A stretch of 63,533 nucleotides of DNA, counting the filler, from Octopus bimaculoides (Eukaryota): assembly GCF_001194135.2 (NCBI RefSeq). It is 7 parts of 6 records of this genome, joined end to end, with 100 filler letters (N's around TTAATTAATTAA, not from the genome) between each part and the next. Parts side by side here need not be neighbours in the genome. Positions count along the whole stretch, not along the records: positions 1 to 15,116 come from NC_069006.1; 6 more parts are not named here. One strand, given 5' to 3'. The translations under genes and the position numbers were made by a program. Positions within the stretch are counted from its first letter, which is position 1; every line of letters begins with the position of its first letter. A model generated the notes under the pieces. That model was given only the letters and a program-made list of their open reading frames with translations, was not told where the DNA came from and made no database searches. This document shows, piece by piece, positions 1 to 12,289 of the stretch.

Positions 1-358
1 AAAACGCATATGTTAACTGCATACTTTTATTTCCAACATATGTTTCAAAGATTACAAATTATAACTTCCATAGAAATCGGCGATGTTAAAAATGTAATCT
101 TCTCTTCAGGGAAATGCATTGGAACTAGCTTAAACGTAAGACATTTTAACCGAATATGAGAACTATAGTTGGAGAAGGTTATAACGTAATTTATTTGAAA
201 ATATTCGGTTAAAATGTCTTACGTTTAAGCTGGTTTCCATGCATTTCCCTGAAGAGAAGATTACATTTTTAACATCGCCGATTCCTATGGATCGTATAAA
301 TTGTAATTCTTCGAAACATATGTTGGAAATAAAAGTATGCAGTTAACATATGCGTTTT
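1..358. repeat. Long inverted repeat / foldback (arms 1-157 and 201-358, 43-bp spacer)
   Basis: AAAACGCATATGTTAACTGC...AACCGAATAT at 1-157 is the reverse complement of ATATTCGGTT...GCAGTTAACATATGCGTTTT at 201-358, with scattered mismatches. The left arm may continue before the window. Confidence 0.9.
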
Positions 359-575
359 ACTCCCTTCATTAAATTTATATATACTCAAGTACCCAAAATA
401 TCAAGTAGTTTCTACCTAATAAACAGGAGTTACACCACAGTTATTTTGTGATCTTTGCTACCCTGGTATCTATTAACCAAGTTATTTTGTCCGAGTTATT
501 TATTAATTAGGTGAAAATAAATACATATAATAAAATATATGTATATATATATGTATATATATGCATATATGTGTG

Positions 576-608
<33 letters not shown>

Positions 609-984
609 ATGTATACCTTACTGTCTAAAAGCCTTTCCCAAGAACACACCATCACCGCCACTCCCACCACCACCATAAGATAACCTAGGTTTTTGGGGTT
701 CTTTCCTGTTGTTTTTGTGACAGTCATAAAAGATTATTTAATGAAAACAGATGATACTACCTGATAGGGCTTTTACCTTTATTATTCCTGTTGTTGTTTT
801 TGTTGATAAAGTGAACACAATTCCATTTGTGCCGAGGCTCCCATTCAAATCTACACGTTTTGCATTGTTTTTGTTCTTTATTTCATAATCGTTATCTTAT
901 GCTTGTGGTCCACAAAATGACAAAGCACTCACTTCCACCAAGATCAAGAAATTTATTGAAAACTATAGCCTTTGATTGTAATAC

Positions 985-1135
985 GGTACCTTTATGTGAG
1001 ATCTGGTAGCTTCTTATATAATATAGTACCTTCCACATGGTACCTTGTTGTGAGACCTGGAAGCTTACCTGGTAATATGGTACATTCTATTGTGATCTGG
1101 TACTTTACTGTGAGATTCTTCCACAGCGATCTGGT
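985..1135. repeat. Degenerate minisatellite, three units of ~55-60 bp
   Basis: Units start GGTAC(C/T)TT...TGTGAGA at 985, 1039 and 1099. Confidence 0.6.
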
Positions 1136-1149
1136 GTGATTGGGTCATC

Positions 1150-1536
1150 TTTTGTCTTTTATCTGTTTCAGTCACTAGACTGTGGCTATGCTGGAGTACT
1201 GCCTCAAAGAATTTTAGTTGAACTTATTGACCCCCAGTACTTATTTTTTTGTAAAGCCAGGTACTTATTTTATCAGTCTGTTTTGCCGAACTGCTAGGTT
1301 AAAGGGACATAAACATACCATAACTGTTTGTCAAGTGGTGGTGGGGACCAACACTTTCTCAAAGACACACACACACACACACAAGGGGGCTACTTTCAGA
1401 TTCCTTCTACCAAATTCACTCACAAGGCTTTGAACTTATTATAGAAGACACTTTCTCAAGGTGTTGCACAGTGGGACTGAACCTGGAACAATGTAGATGG
1501 GAAGCAAACTTCTTACCACACAGCCATGCCTATGCC
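1150..1536 (-). mobile_element. tRNA-headed SINE family 1 (internal microsatellite)
   Basis: Head GGCTGTGTGGTAAG...GGTTCAGTCCCACTG (A/B-box-like), central (CA)n, and tail ...GCTCCAGCAT(G)GCC...CAGTC..ATGACTGAAACA. Many copies occur in the window. Confidence 0.8.
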
Positions 1537-1828
1537 ATGGCAAGAATGCTTTTGACAGTAGATCTCAAACATAGAAGACATGCGGCAAAACAAGCAACAG
1601 TAGCAGCAGCAGCAACAACAACAACTATATTGAAGGGCAATATTGACAGGATATGCAAATATACTGACCTTGCTTCGAACTTCTTTCAAGCTGCCCCAAG
1701 GAAAGGAAGGTTTCGGTCCTGGATATCCAAATTGTTTCAGATAGTTATAGGGCCATTTTTTGAATCTAGGAAAGAATTGTGATAGAAAGTTTAAAAGATT
1801 AAAAAAAACACTTTGTTTAATATAAGAG

Positions 1829-1862
<34 letters not shown>

Positions 1863-1939
1863 TTAGTATTGTCTTCTTTAACACAGCAACTTCACAGCAG
1901 AATGTAACAACTATGTGACTGAGGTAACGCTCTTCATTC

Positions 1940-2120
1940 AGACTTCAAAGACTCTGCAGGGGATTTATTCAATTTCAAGCAACATTGTTTTCTGTAGATG
2001 CTCTATCTCCACATGTTCCCTTATCTTTTTCAATCCTATTTGTAAGCTTGGTCCTTATAGTTCCCACAGCTCAAACAACAACAACAACAGAGACAACACC
2101 AGCCTTCTTCGATACCCATA
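1940..2120 (-). mobile_element. Highly degraded 3' end of an R4/Dong-type (RLE) LINE
   Basis: Frameshifted translation WVSKKAGVVSVVVV*AVGTIRTKLTNRIEK / VEIEHLQKTMLLEIE*IPCRVFEV parallels the intact RLE tail at 37913-38113. Confidence 0.5.
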
Positions 2121-2232
2121 GTTTTTTTATCTCTTAATTCAAACCATTATGCCTAATTTGCTTCTCTTCTTCTCCTTCTGATACTCTGCCATCATCTGGA
2201 CATACATTATCTATGATTAACCCTTTCGCATT

Positions 2233-2570
2233 TAAACCAGTTGTTGTTGTAGTTGGCACTCCGTCGCTTACAACGTCGAGGGTTCCAGTTGATCCGATCA
2301 ACGGAACAGCCTGCTCGTGAAATTAACGTGCAAGTGGCTGAGCACTCCACAGACACGTGTACCCTTAACGTAGTTCTCAGGGATATTCAGCATGACACAG
2401 GTACAACAGAAACAGGAAGAAAGAGTGAGAGAAAGTTGTGGTGGAAGAGTACAGCAGGGTTCGCCACCATCCCCTGCCGGAGCCTCGTGGAGCTTTAGGT
2501 GTTTTCGCTCAATAAACACTCACAACGCCCGGTCTGGGAATCGAAACCATGATCCTATGACCACAAGTCC
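2233..2570 (-). mobile_element. tRNA-headed SINE family 3 with GTGCCA(ACA)n tail
   Basis: Head GGTTTCGATTCCCAGACCGGGCG...GAGCGAAAACACCT is shared with 23254 and 36468. The tail is shared with 10990-11140. Confidence 0.7.
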
Positions 2571-3264
2571 NNNNNNNNNNNNNNNNNNNNNNNNNNNNNN
2601 NNNNNNNNNNNNNNNNNNNNNNNNNNNNNNNNNNNNNNNNNNNNNNNNNNNNNNNNNNNNNNNNNNNNNNNNNNNNNNNNNNNNNNNNNNNNNNNNNNNN
2701 NNNNNNNNNNNNNNNNNNNNNNNNNNNNNNNNNNNNNNNNNNNNNNNNNNNNNNNNNNNNNNNNNNNNNNNNNNNNNNNNNNNNNNNNNNNNNNNNNNNN
2801 NNNNNNNNNNNNNNNNNNNNNNNNNNNNNNNNNNNNNNNNNNNNNNNNNNNNNNNNNNNNNNNNNNNNNNNNNNNNNNNNNNNNNNNNNNNNNNNNNNNN
2901 NNNNNNNNNNNNNNNNNNNNNNNNNNNNNNNNNNNNNNNNNNNNNNNNNNNNNNNNNNNNNNNNNNNNNNNNNNNNNNNNNNNNNNNNNNNNNNNNNNNN
3001 NNNNNNNNNNNNNNNNNNNNNNNNNNNNNNNNNNNNNNNNNNNNNNNNNNNNNNNNNNNNNNNNNNNNNNNNNNNNNNNNNNNNNNNNNNNNNNNNNNNN
3101 NNNNNNNNNNNNNNNNNNNNNNNNNNNNNNNNNNNNNNNNNNNNNNNNNNNNNNNNNNNNNNNNNNNNNNNNNNNNNNNNNATATATATATGTATATATA
3201 TAATTATATGTATTTCTTCTATCTTAATGAATATAACATGCGTTTTCTCCATTCCTTAAATTCT

Positions 3265-3337
<73 letters not shown>

Positions 3338-3716
3338 TTGTGTGTCTGTGTTTGTCCCCCCAGCATCACTTGACAACCGATGGTGGTTTGTTTACGTCCT
3401 CGTAACTTAGCGGTTCAGAACAAGAGACCGATAGAATTAGTACTAGGCTTACAAAGAATAAGTCCTGGGGTAGATTTGCTCGACTAAAGGCGGTGCTCCA
3501 GCATGGCTGCAGTCAGATGACTGAAACAAGTAAAAGGGAGTAAAAAGAGAGAGTTACTGAATGGCCAAATACCAGTACATAGCACAGACTGTCAGTACTA
3601 AATCTGTGTGAAAGAGGGTTAACAAGATGTTTTTCCTCTTTATTCACAACCACTACATCTGGCTTTTACTGTTCAATTTCATGATCACATATTTGTTTAT
3701 TCCTAGAAAGTATGAC

Positions 3717-4172
3717 AAATGGCTAAAATTTCCTTCAAACTTTGCTTTTGTTACATATATTCAAACTTCAAAGAATCACTCTCAACACATGGCTATGATG
3801 CTCCCCCACTACTCCTGTTCCTCATCAAAGATGCACATATTGTCAAGCCACTAAGGGACATACTCAAGTGGTTATGGTTAAGCAACTGACAAGCAGATCT
3901 GTGGTATTGAGCAGAACATTTGCTATAATGATATTTCTGCTTCAGCAGTTCGGCACTGAATCTGTCTAAAATGTAATGGAAAATAGGTCAATTTCAAAAC
4001 ATTGACGTCCAGGTCAGAAAAGCAAATCTTGAAGGGGACAGTAGTCATTTCCTTTGATTTCTAGATACAAGCAAATGGGAAATAACGCTTACTGACCAAA
4101 GACAAGAATAAAAAAATTAAAATTTTGTTACACAGTGTAATTCTTTCTAATTTCGGCACAAGGTTCAGTAAT
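3717..4172. repeat. Local segmental duplication, copy 1 (partner 12290-12739)
   Basis: ~455 bp aligns colinearly with 12290-12739, including the same TE breakpoint and the same downstream flank. Confidence 0.85.
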
Positions 4173-4334
4173 TATTTTATCAACCTCAAACGATGAAATG
4201 CAAAGCTGACCTCAAAATAATTTTAACTCAGAATATACTGGGATGAAAGAAATGCTGTTAGGCATTTTGGCTGACAGTCTAATGGTTCTGCCAGTTTGTC
4301 ACCTTAATAATAATAATTATTATTATTATTTCAA

Positions 4335-4535
4335 ATTTCTGCCACAAGGGCAGCTTGGGGAAAGTAGGGACGAGTCAATTACATCGACCCCAGTGCTCAA
4401 CTGATACTTATTTTATTGACCCTAAAAGGATGAAAGGCAAAGTTGACCTCAGCGAAATTTGAACTCACAGTGTAACGAAGTCCCGCTAAGCATTTCATCC
4501 AGCATACTAACAATTCTGCCAGCTCACCGCCTTGA
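4335..4535 (-). mobile_element. SINE family 2 (GCCTTTCATCC..GGTCGATAAA..AGTACCAG core)
   Basis: Core motif and GAGTTCAAATT B-box are shared with about 20 copies in the window. Confidence 0.75.
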
Positions 4536-5398
4536 ATAATAATACTCTTTACTCTTCTACTTGTTTCAGTCATTTGACTGCGGCCATGCTGGAGCACCGA
4601 CTTTAGTCGAGCAAATCGACCCCAGGACTTATTCTTTGTAAGCCTAGTACTAATTCTATCAGTCTCTTTTGCCGAACCGCTAAGTTACGGGGAAGTAAAC
4701 ACACCAGCATTGGTTNNNNNNNNNNNNNNNNNNNNNNNNNNNNNNNNNNNNNNNNNNNNNNNNNNNNNNNNNNNNNNNNNNNNNNNNNNNNNNNNNNNNN
4801 NNNNNNNNNNNNNNNNNNNNNNNNNNNNNNNNNNNNNNNNNNNNNNNNNNNNNNNNNNNNNNNNNNNNNNNNNNNNNNNNNNNNNNNNNNNNNNNNNNNN
4901 NNNNNNNNNNNNNNNNNNNNNNNNNNNNNNNNNNNNNNNNNNNNNNNNNNNNNNNNNNNNNNNNNNNNNNNNNNNNNNNNNNNNNNNNNNNNNNNNNNNN
5001 NNNNNNNNNNNNNNNNNNNNNNNNNNNNNNNNNNNNNNNNNNNNNNNNNNNNNNNNNNNNNNNNNNNNNNNNNNNNNNNNNNNNNNNNNNNNNNNNNNNN
5101 NNNNNNNNNNNNNNNNNNNNNNNNNNNNNNNNNNNNNNNNNNNNNNNNNNNNNNNNNNNNNNNNNNNNNNNNNNNNNNNNNNNNNNNNNNNNNNNNNNNN
5201 NNNNNNNNNNNNNNNNNNNNNNNNNNNNNNNNNNNNNNNNNNNNNNNNNNNNNNNNNNNNNNNNNNNNNNNNNNNNNNNNNNNNNNNNNNNNNNNNNNNN
5301 NNNNNNNNNNNNNNNNNNNNNNNNNNNNNNNNNNNNNNNNNNNNNNNNNNNNNNNNNNNNNNNNNNNNNNNNNNNNNNNNNNNNNNNNNNNNNNNNNN

Positions 5399-5693
5399 GC
5401 TTGTCAGTTGTTTGACCTTAACCAGTTGAGCATGTCCCTTGGTGGCTGACGATATGTGCATCTCTGATCATGAGCAGAAGTAGTGGGGGAGCATCATAGC
5501 CATGTGTTGAGAGGAATTCTTTGGGGTTTGAATAATTCACCTTTGGAAACATGGGTGTTTTGCTCGACATCCTTAAACAAACCTTATTCAGGGACCTTTT
5601 GAGCGGGATGGGCTACTCGACCTGAAGAATATTCTAACTTGGCCCCACCTGCGAGGTCATGCACTGTTTATCTTGATATGAGATCACCATGTG
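5399..5693 (+). mobile_element. Fragment of the unclassified (AAT)n-tailed repeat (fuller copy at 54120-54686)
   Basis: Colinear high identity with 54239-54535. It ends where a (CAG)/(TAG) microsatellite begins. Confidence 0.8.
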
Positions 5694-5703
5694 ATCTGCA
5701 GGT

Positions 5704-5752
<49 letters not shown>

Positions 5753-6810
5753 CAGCAGCAGCAGTAGTAGTTATTGTAGTGGTAGTAGTAGTAGTAGACT
5801 ACTGATTTGTATTGAATAGTTTTATTTCTTGTTTGTACAGGAAAACTAATTACATGTGTGTGTGTATGTATGTATGCATGTGTATGTGTGTGTGTGTAAT
5901 TGTGCATGTGTGTGTGTGTGTGTGTGTGCTGGGGTGTATATGTTGGCAATAGGTTATATTTAGAAGCCATGGCTACCTTACCACACAGTGTCTTTCATCC
6001 CAAATGACCAGACATGCTTTTGCATTTGTGAATCTAAATAATAACGCAGATCTCAATAAAATCCGCAAAACACACAGACACACACACACAGACGTTCACA
6101 CACACATATAGTCAGCATAAATATGCATATACATACGTTATATAGTGTACCTAATATATTTCATCTTGTCTAAAATAATGGAGTATATATTTCAATTGTG
6201 GTTTGGCTGGTATTTCTCACCGGTTAAGGGGTGATATTCAGGGACCTCGTTTTGTTAGTCATCACTTGTCTTTTGTTACAAACTTTGCATATCACTTCAA
6301 CCAAGCTTCACACACATCTCTTCTACTCCTACAGCTTCCTTTCTTTCATTCTTTCTCTCTCCTTCCAATCCCTGTACCAACCTCTATGGCAATGCAAAAC
6401 AATGACACTGCATTTTGTTTTGATGGAACTGAAAAGGTCAGTGAATTCAATTAACCCAGATGGTATTTATATCCTACATAGATAAGCTGTAATGACATTG
6501 GGAAAATTTCCCAGAGGCTCCTTCTGCAAAGAGAATATATAGTAAAGCACAGGCTAGCATCTGTAACCCAATCGCATCTAGACTACTCTGTCGAATGTAA
6601 TGCAAATTTATTCAAATTGTTTTGAATTAATCATGCATTATATAAGCAACTATGAGATTTCAATGATGTGACAGTTTATCATTAAAATGACATTATAGGG
6701 TAGGTGTGAGAGGCCAGATCTGGTCACTTTGAACATAAAACTCACTTAACAGGCAGTAAAGTGGTTGGCGTTAGGAAGGGCATCCAGCTGTAGAAACCAT
6801 TCCAAAGTAG

Positions 6811-7381
6811 GGATCTTTTTTAAAACGGGGGCCACATTTTTCATTAATGTTTTACGTAGTGTTTTTGGTACCGAAAGACTTTCAAACTTCGTATACTTAT
6901 CTATTTTGTGTTATAGAACAGAAAAATATTTTTGTATTCGAATTTATTTCATGTAAAAAATTGTCTTATTTCGATAATTTTAACCAATCACTGACAAGTA
7001 TTCAGTTGTTTATATTTACTCCTTTGGCTGATTAAGCGGTGTAAAGCGTATTTAATTTCCATAGCTTCGTTTTGCTTTTTTCTTTTTAAATTTGCTGTTT
7101 TACCCTAACCATAACCCTAACCCTAACCCTATCACCGATAGAATTGTTTCAGAATCGTTTGTTTATGTAGTCTGCACTTAATGTATATCGGCTGAATGGA
7201 CATCAGTGATTGGTTGAAATTACAGAAATACGACAATTTTAACATGGAAAAACTTAGGAATTTCTTTTTTTTTTAAGAAGACTAAGAGAAAAAGATGTTT
7301 TATATGACACATTCTACCAGTGTTCCAAGTTTCAAAGTGTTTCGTTAATGAAAAATGTGGCCCCCGTTTTAAAAAAGATCC
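6811..7381. mobile_element. Merlin-like MITE copy 1 (571 bp)
   Basis: Perfect 37-bp TIR GGATCTTTTTTAAAACGGGGGCCACATTTTTCATTAA. 8-bp TSD CAAAGTAG at 6803-6810 and 7382-7389. Internal (CCCTAA)n. Inserted in an RTE 3' tail. Confidence 0.9.
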
Positions 7382-8295
7382 CAAAGTAGATAGTGGACAT
7401 CAAGCAGTCCTTGAGTGGGACCATCAGATCTTGTCTATGTTCCATGCCAGCATTAGACATTAAATAAGGATGATGATGATGAGGAGGAGGAGGAGGAGGA
7501 AGGGAAGGAAGAAGGCAAACTGGTTAAGATAGCAAGAATGAAATAAGATCTGAGGGTAACTTCTATGTGGTCATTGACCTGCAAAAAATAACAGTTAAAT
7601 CCCTCCCAAATCAAATCATGATGATGATGCTTGTCCATCCTGTTAGCAAATATTTAGAGCAAAGGACGAAGCGAATATTCCACCTTGGGTTAAAGTCCTA
7701 GTTTGTCACTGTTCCACCTCACTCGAGTCACTAATTCATTTCAGCGATAACGTATTCATGGCGGTGGTTGTCGTCATCACTGTCACCGTCATCATAGTCA
7801 TGGTGGGAGGAAGGGACATATTTTCTTTTCTTCTTTTTATCCCACTCCACCCCCACCCACCTTCTTATTGTATCTGCTATCTATAACAGCTAACCCTCCC
7901 CACCTCACCCCACACAAGCTAATTTCTGATAAACATTTAAAACAACTGGGCTCTCTTTATCATACAAACACACACACACACACATATTATATCATATTAT
8001 ATATATATATATATATACATACAGGTTTGGTGATGGATCTGTGAAAAATAGAACTTAAAACATGAGTATAGGTACATTTTTTTAAATCAATATTTTAGCA
8101 GAAGATTCTGCCGAGGTAGATTTAACCTTTCATCCTTTCAGGGTCAATAAATTAAGTACCAGTTAAAGTAGATGTAAGTTTTAATGTTAGTTCCTCCTTT
8201 TATGAGTAGGATGTCCAAAAAGGATTTGTTTTTGACTGTATTCTATAGTGCATCGCATGCTGTTGTTTATGTTATCAGTTAACACACACACACAC

Positions 8296-8617
8296 TCTAG
8301 ACAGAGTGTAAGTACCTTGAGAGAAAAGTTGAACCTAAGAAGCATCAGTTGTGGTGTGCAAGAGAGACGATTGCGCTGGTATGGTCATGTGGCGAGAATG
8401 GATGAAGATAGCTGTGTGAAAAAGTGCCACACACTAGCAGTTGAGGGAACCTGTGGAAGAGGTAGGCCCAGGAAGACCTGGGATGAGGTGGTGAGGCACG
8501 ACCTTCGAACATTGAGCCTCACCGAGGCGATGACTTCTGACCAAGACCTTTGGAAATGTGCTGTGCGTGAGAAGACCCAGCAAGCCAAGTGAGACCTAAA
8601 TCCAAGGCCTCTGCCAG
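8296..8617 (+). mobile_element. RTE-clade LINE, 3' end of ORF2
   Basis: RQSVSTLREKLNLRSISCGVQERRLRWYGHVARM...GRGRPRKTWDEVV is a typical RTE C-terminus. Near-identical to 58700-59010. Confidence 0.9.
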
Positions 8618-10789
8618 NNNNNNNNNNNNNNNNNNNNNNNNNNNNNNNNNNNNNNNNNNNNNNNNNNNNNNNNNNNNNNNNNNNNNNNNNNNNNNNNNNN
8701 NNNNNNNNNNNNNNNNNNNNNNNNNNNNNNNNNNNNNNNNNNNNNNNNNNNNNNNNNNNNNNNNNNNNNNNNNNNNNNNNNNNNNNNNNNNNNNNNNNNN
8801 NNNNNNNNNNNNNNNNNNNNNNNNNNNNNNNNNNNNNNNNNNNNNNNNNNNNNNNNNNNNNNNNNNNNNNNNNNNNNNNNNNNNNNNNNNNNNNNNNNNN
8901 NNNNNNNNNNNNNNNNNNNNNNNNNNNNNNNNNNNNNNNNNNNNNNNNNNNNNNNNNNNNNNNNNNNNNNNNNNNNNNNNNNNNNNNNNNNNNNNNNNNN
9001 NNNNNNNNNNNNNNNNNNNNNNNNNNNNNNNNNNNNNNNNNNNNNNNNNNNNNNNNNNNNNNNNNNNNNNNNNNNNNNNNNNNNNNNNNNNNNNNNNNNN
9101 NNNNNNNNNNNNNNNNNNNNNNNNNNNNNNNNNNNNNNNNNNNNNNNNNNNNNNNNNNNNNNNNNNNNNNNNNNNNNNNNNNNNNNNNNNNNNNNNNNNN
9201 NNNNNNNNNNNNNNNNNNNNNNNNNNNNNNNNNNNNNNNNNNNNNNNNNNNNNNNNNNNNNNNNNNNNNNNNNNNNNNNNNNNNNNNNNNNNNNNNNNNN
9301 NNNNNNNNNNNAAAGGCCGACGCCATTGCTGAATCCTTAACCACGCATGCGTGGGTTTAAACATCGAAGCGTTCCCGCTACTAGACTGTCTCTTACCAAG
9401 GCAGACAGCGACCAAGCAAGACGTCTAAGCAAGCTCTCCCATTTGAGTGTGGTTGAACCAAGTTGTCTCTATAACGACACCAGCACGAAGAACCGTACAT
9501 CTACATTTCAGGCTACTCTAAAACCGGACAATTAGAAGCTGTTTTCCTTTTCCACCGAACAATAAATATTTGTTGTTGTTCATCAGTTTGGAGTTTCTGC
9601 GTTCAGTTCTCTTCCAATTTAATGTAGGAGAGTTAGGTGTATATCTAAAGATATATAACCCACTCTCCTAAAAAATTAAGCAGAAGCAATGACTGAAGGT
9701 CCAAACCATTCAAGCATCAGTGTTTATCAAACTTGTGTCAAGGCATGAAACTTTTGGCCCTTGAGTCACTCTGTTGCTTCTGCTAAACACTGGTTTCAAA
9801 TGTTGGCACATGGTTAGCAAGTTCCAGGAAGGTGTAATTCGATTACATGGATCCCAGTGATCAACTGGTACTCATTTTATAGACCCTGAATGGATAATAG
9901 GCAGAATTTGAACTCAGAACATGCTAATGATTCTGCTAGCTTGCTACCTTTTACAAAATGAAATATTGGTTTCAAATTTTGGCACAAGGCCAGCAAGTTT
10001 GTGGGAGGGGTATAAATCAAGTACATCAACCCCCGGTATTCAGTTGGTACTTATTCTATCAACCCCAAAATGAAGATTAAAGGCAAAGTCGACCTCAGTG
10101 GAATTTGAACTCAGAACATAAAGATGGATGAAACACCATTAAGCATTTTGACCAGTGTGCTGACAATTCTGCCCGCTCTCTACCAAGCTTCTGCAAAATA
10201 TTAATAAGTACATATCTTATGGAGATCTACACTAGTGTAGCNNNNNNNNNNNNNNNNNNNNNNNNNNNNNNNNNNNNNNNNNNNNNNNNNNNNNNNNNNN
10301 NNNNNNNNNNNNNNNNNNNNNNNNNNNNNNNNNNNNNNNNNNNNNNNNNNNNNNNNNNNNNNNNNNNNNNNNNNNNNNNNNNNNNNNNNNNNNNNNNNNN
10401 NNNNNNNNNNNNNNNNNNNNNNNNNNNNNNNNNNNNNNNNNNNNNNNNNNNNNNNNACATTGCCTACAGCAGACCCAAAAATAGTGCTGCCCCCATAAAA
10501 GTTCCAAGCAGGGCAGACTGCCACCTTCCCCCACCTCTTGCTATGCTGGTGGTTATGTTTCAGTCCCAGTACATAGCACCTTCGGCAAGTGTTTCTTACT
10601 TTAGCCCTGGGCTGATCAAAGCCTTGTGCAGGAAGTTCGTTTCATGTTGCTCTGCAATAATTTCAACATCTGACATGTGGCACACTTGTGCACCTGTACA
10701 GGTAATGTCGATTTGATGGAGGGAGTGAGTTAATGTGCAATGCAAACATTTGATCCACTATAAAACAAATCATTTGTGCAAATGGTTCA

Positions 10790-11140
10790 ACAAGAAATTG
10801 AGTAACTTCATTTCTCTTTTGCTCCAATTCACTCAACTGGCAAAAATGAGTTGTGCCTGTAATTAGCGGTTCAGTAAACGACACCGATAGAATAAGTATT
10901 AGGCTTCCAAAGAATAAGTCCTGGGGTCGATTTGCTTGACTAAAGGCGGTGCTCCAGCATGGCCTCAGTCAAATGACTGAAACAAGTCAGGGGCCAACCT
11001 TGTCATGCTGAATCTCCATGAGAACCATGTTAAGTGTACGTGTGTCTGTGGAATACTCAGCCTGCCATTTGGACGTTAATTTCACGATTGATCAGAGCAA
11101 CTGGAACACTTGTCGTCGTAACTGACAGAGTGCCAGTAAT
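10790..11140 (+). mobile_element. SINE (family-3-type tail) interrupted by a family-1 SINE 3' fragment at ~10865-10988
   Basis: Host sequence breaks at ...GTGCCTGTAATT and resumes at CAGGGCCAACCTTGTCATGCTGAATCTCC. The inserted block matches the family-1 tail. Confidence 0.65.
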
Positions 11141-11190
11141 AGCACACACATAAAAAGTCAAATTGTAAAGTGCAGGCAATATGTATCTAT

Positions 11191-11597
11191 ACTCTTTTAC
11201 TTGTTTCAGTCATTTGACTGAGGCCATGCTGGAGCACTGCCTTTAGTCAAGCAAATCGACCCCAGGACTTATTCTTTGGAAGCCTAGTACTTATTCTATT
11301 GGTGTCTTTTACTGAACCGCTAAGTTATGGGGTCGTAAACACACCAGCATCAGTTGTCAAGCGATGTTGGGGGAACGAACACAGACACACAAATATATAT
11401 ACACGCATACACATACATATATATACATATATACGACGGGCTTCTTTCAGTTTCCGTCTACCAAATTCACTCACAAGGCTTTGGTCGGGCCGAGGCTATA
11501 GTAGAAGACACTTACCTAAGGTGCCACGCAGTGGGACTGAACCCAGAACCATGTGGTCGGTAAGCAAGCTACTTACCACACAGCCACTCCTGCGCCT
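11191..11597 (-). mobile_element. SINE family 1, near full length
   Basis: Complete head, central (TA/CA) microsatellite and tail. Confidence 0.85.
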
Positions 11598-12289
11598 ATT
11601 TGTACAAATATTCACAATAGGACTGTACTAGATTGGACTTGACTCTGTCATGGCCCCATCACTCATAAGGCAAGTGCTTAACTAGGTTTCCTTGGCGTGT
11701 ACGCGATTGATCTTACAACATTCTCAATCCCTTTGAAGAGGATTCCAGTCCATCATAGAGTGAACTTCCCAGATATTACTGGAACTCATTAACAACTGAG
11801 TGGAGTGAAGCAATGTGAAATGGAGCTTTTTTTCTCAAAAACACAACTCACCACTCAGTCTGGGGATTGAAACTGTGATATTACGATCATGAATGCAACA
11901 CCTATAGCCACTAGGCCATGCCTTCACACGGTACAGAAATAGGCACAATGTATACGTAAATGAACCACTGAGATCAACTTTGCCTTTCATCCCTTAGAGT
12001 CAATAAAATAAATAGCACTGAGGGGTGGGGTCAGTCTAATCAATTTACCCCACTCCCTGAAAATGTAGGCTTTGTGTCAGATTTTGTAACCAATATGTCT
12101 ATAAATGTTCTTTTGCATTTTCGTGATCACTTGAGATACAAATACACTTCTGGATATAAATAGGTCAACACACAAATGTTTGTGCATATGTTCACATTCT
12201 TATGCATTTATATGTGCCAACTTTAATACATATTACACTGTGTAACACAACTGTTGTCCTTCGGTACCAATTGCTATTTTCTGTTTGAA

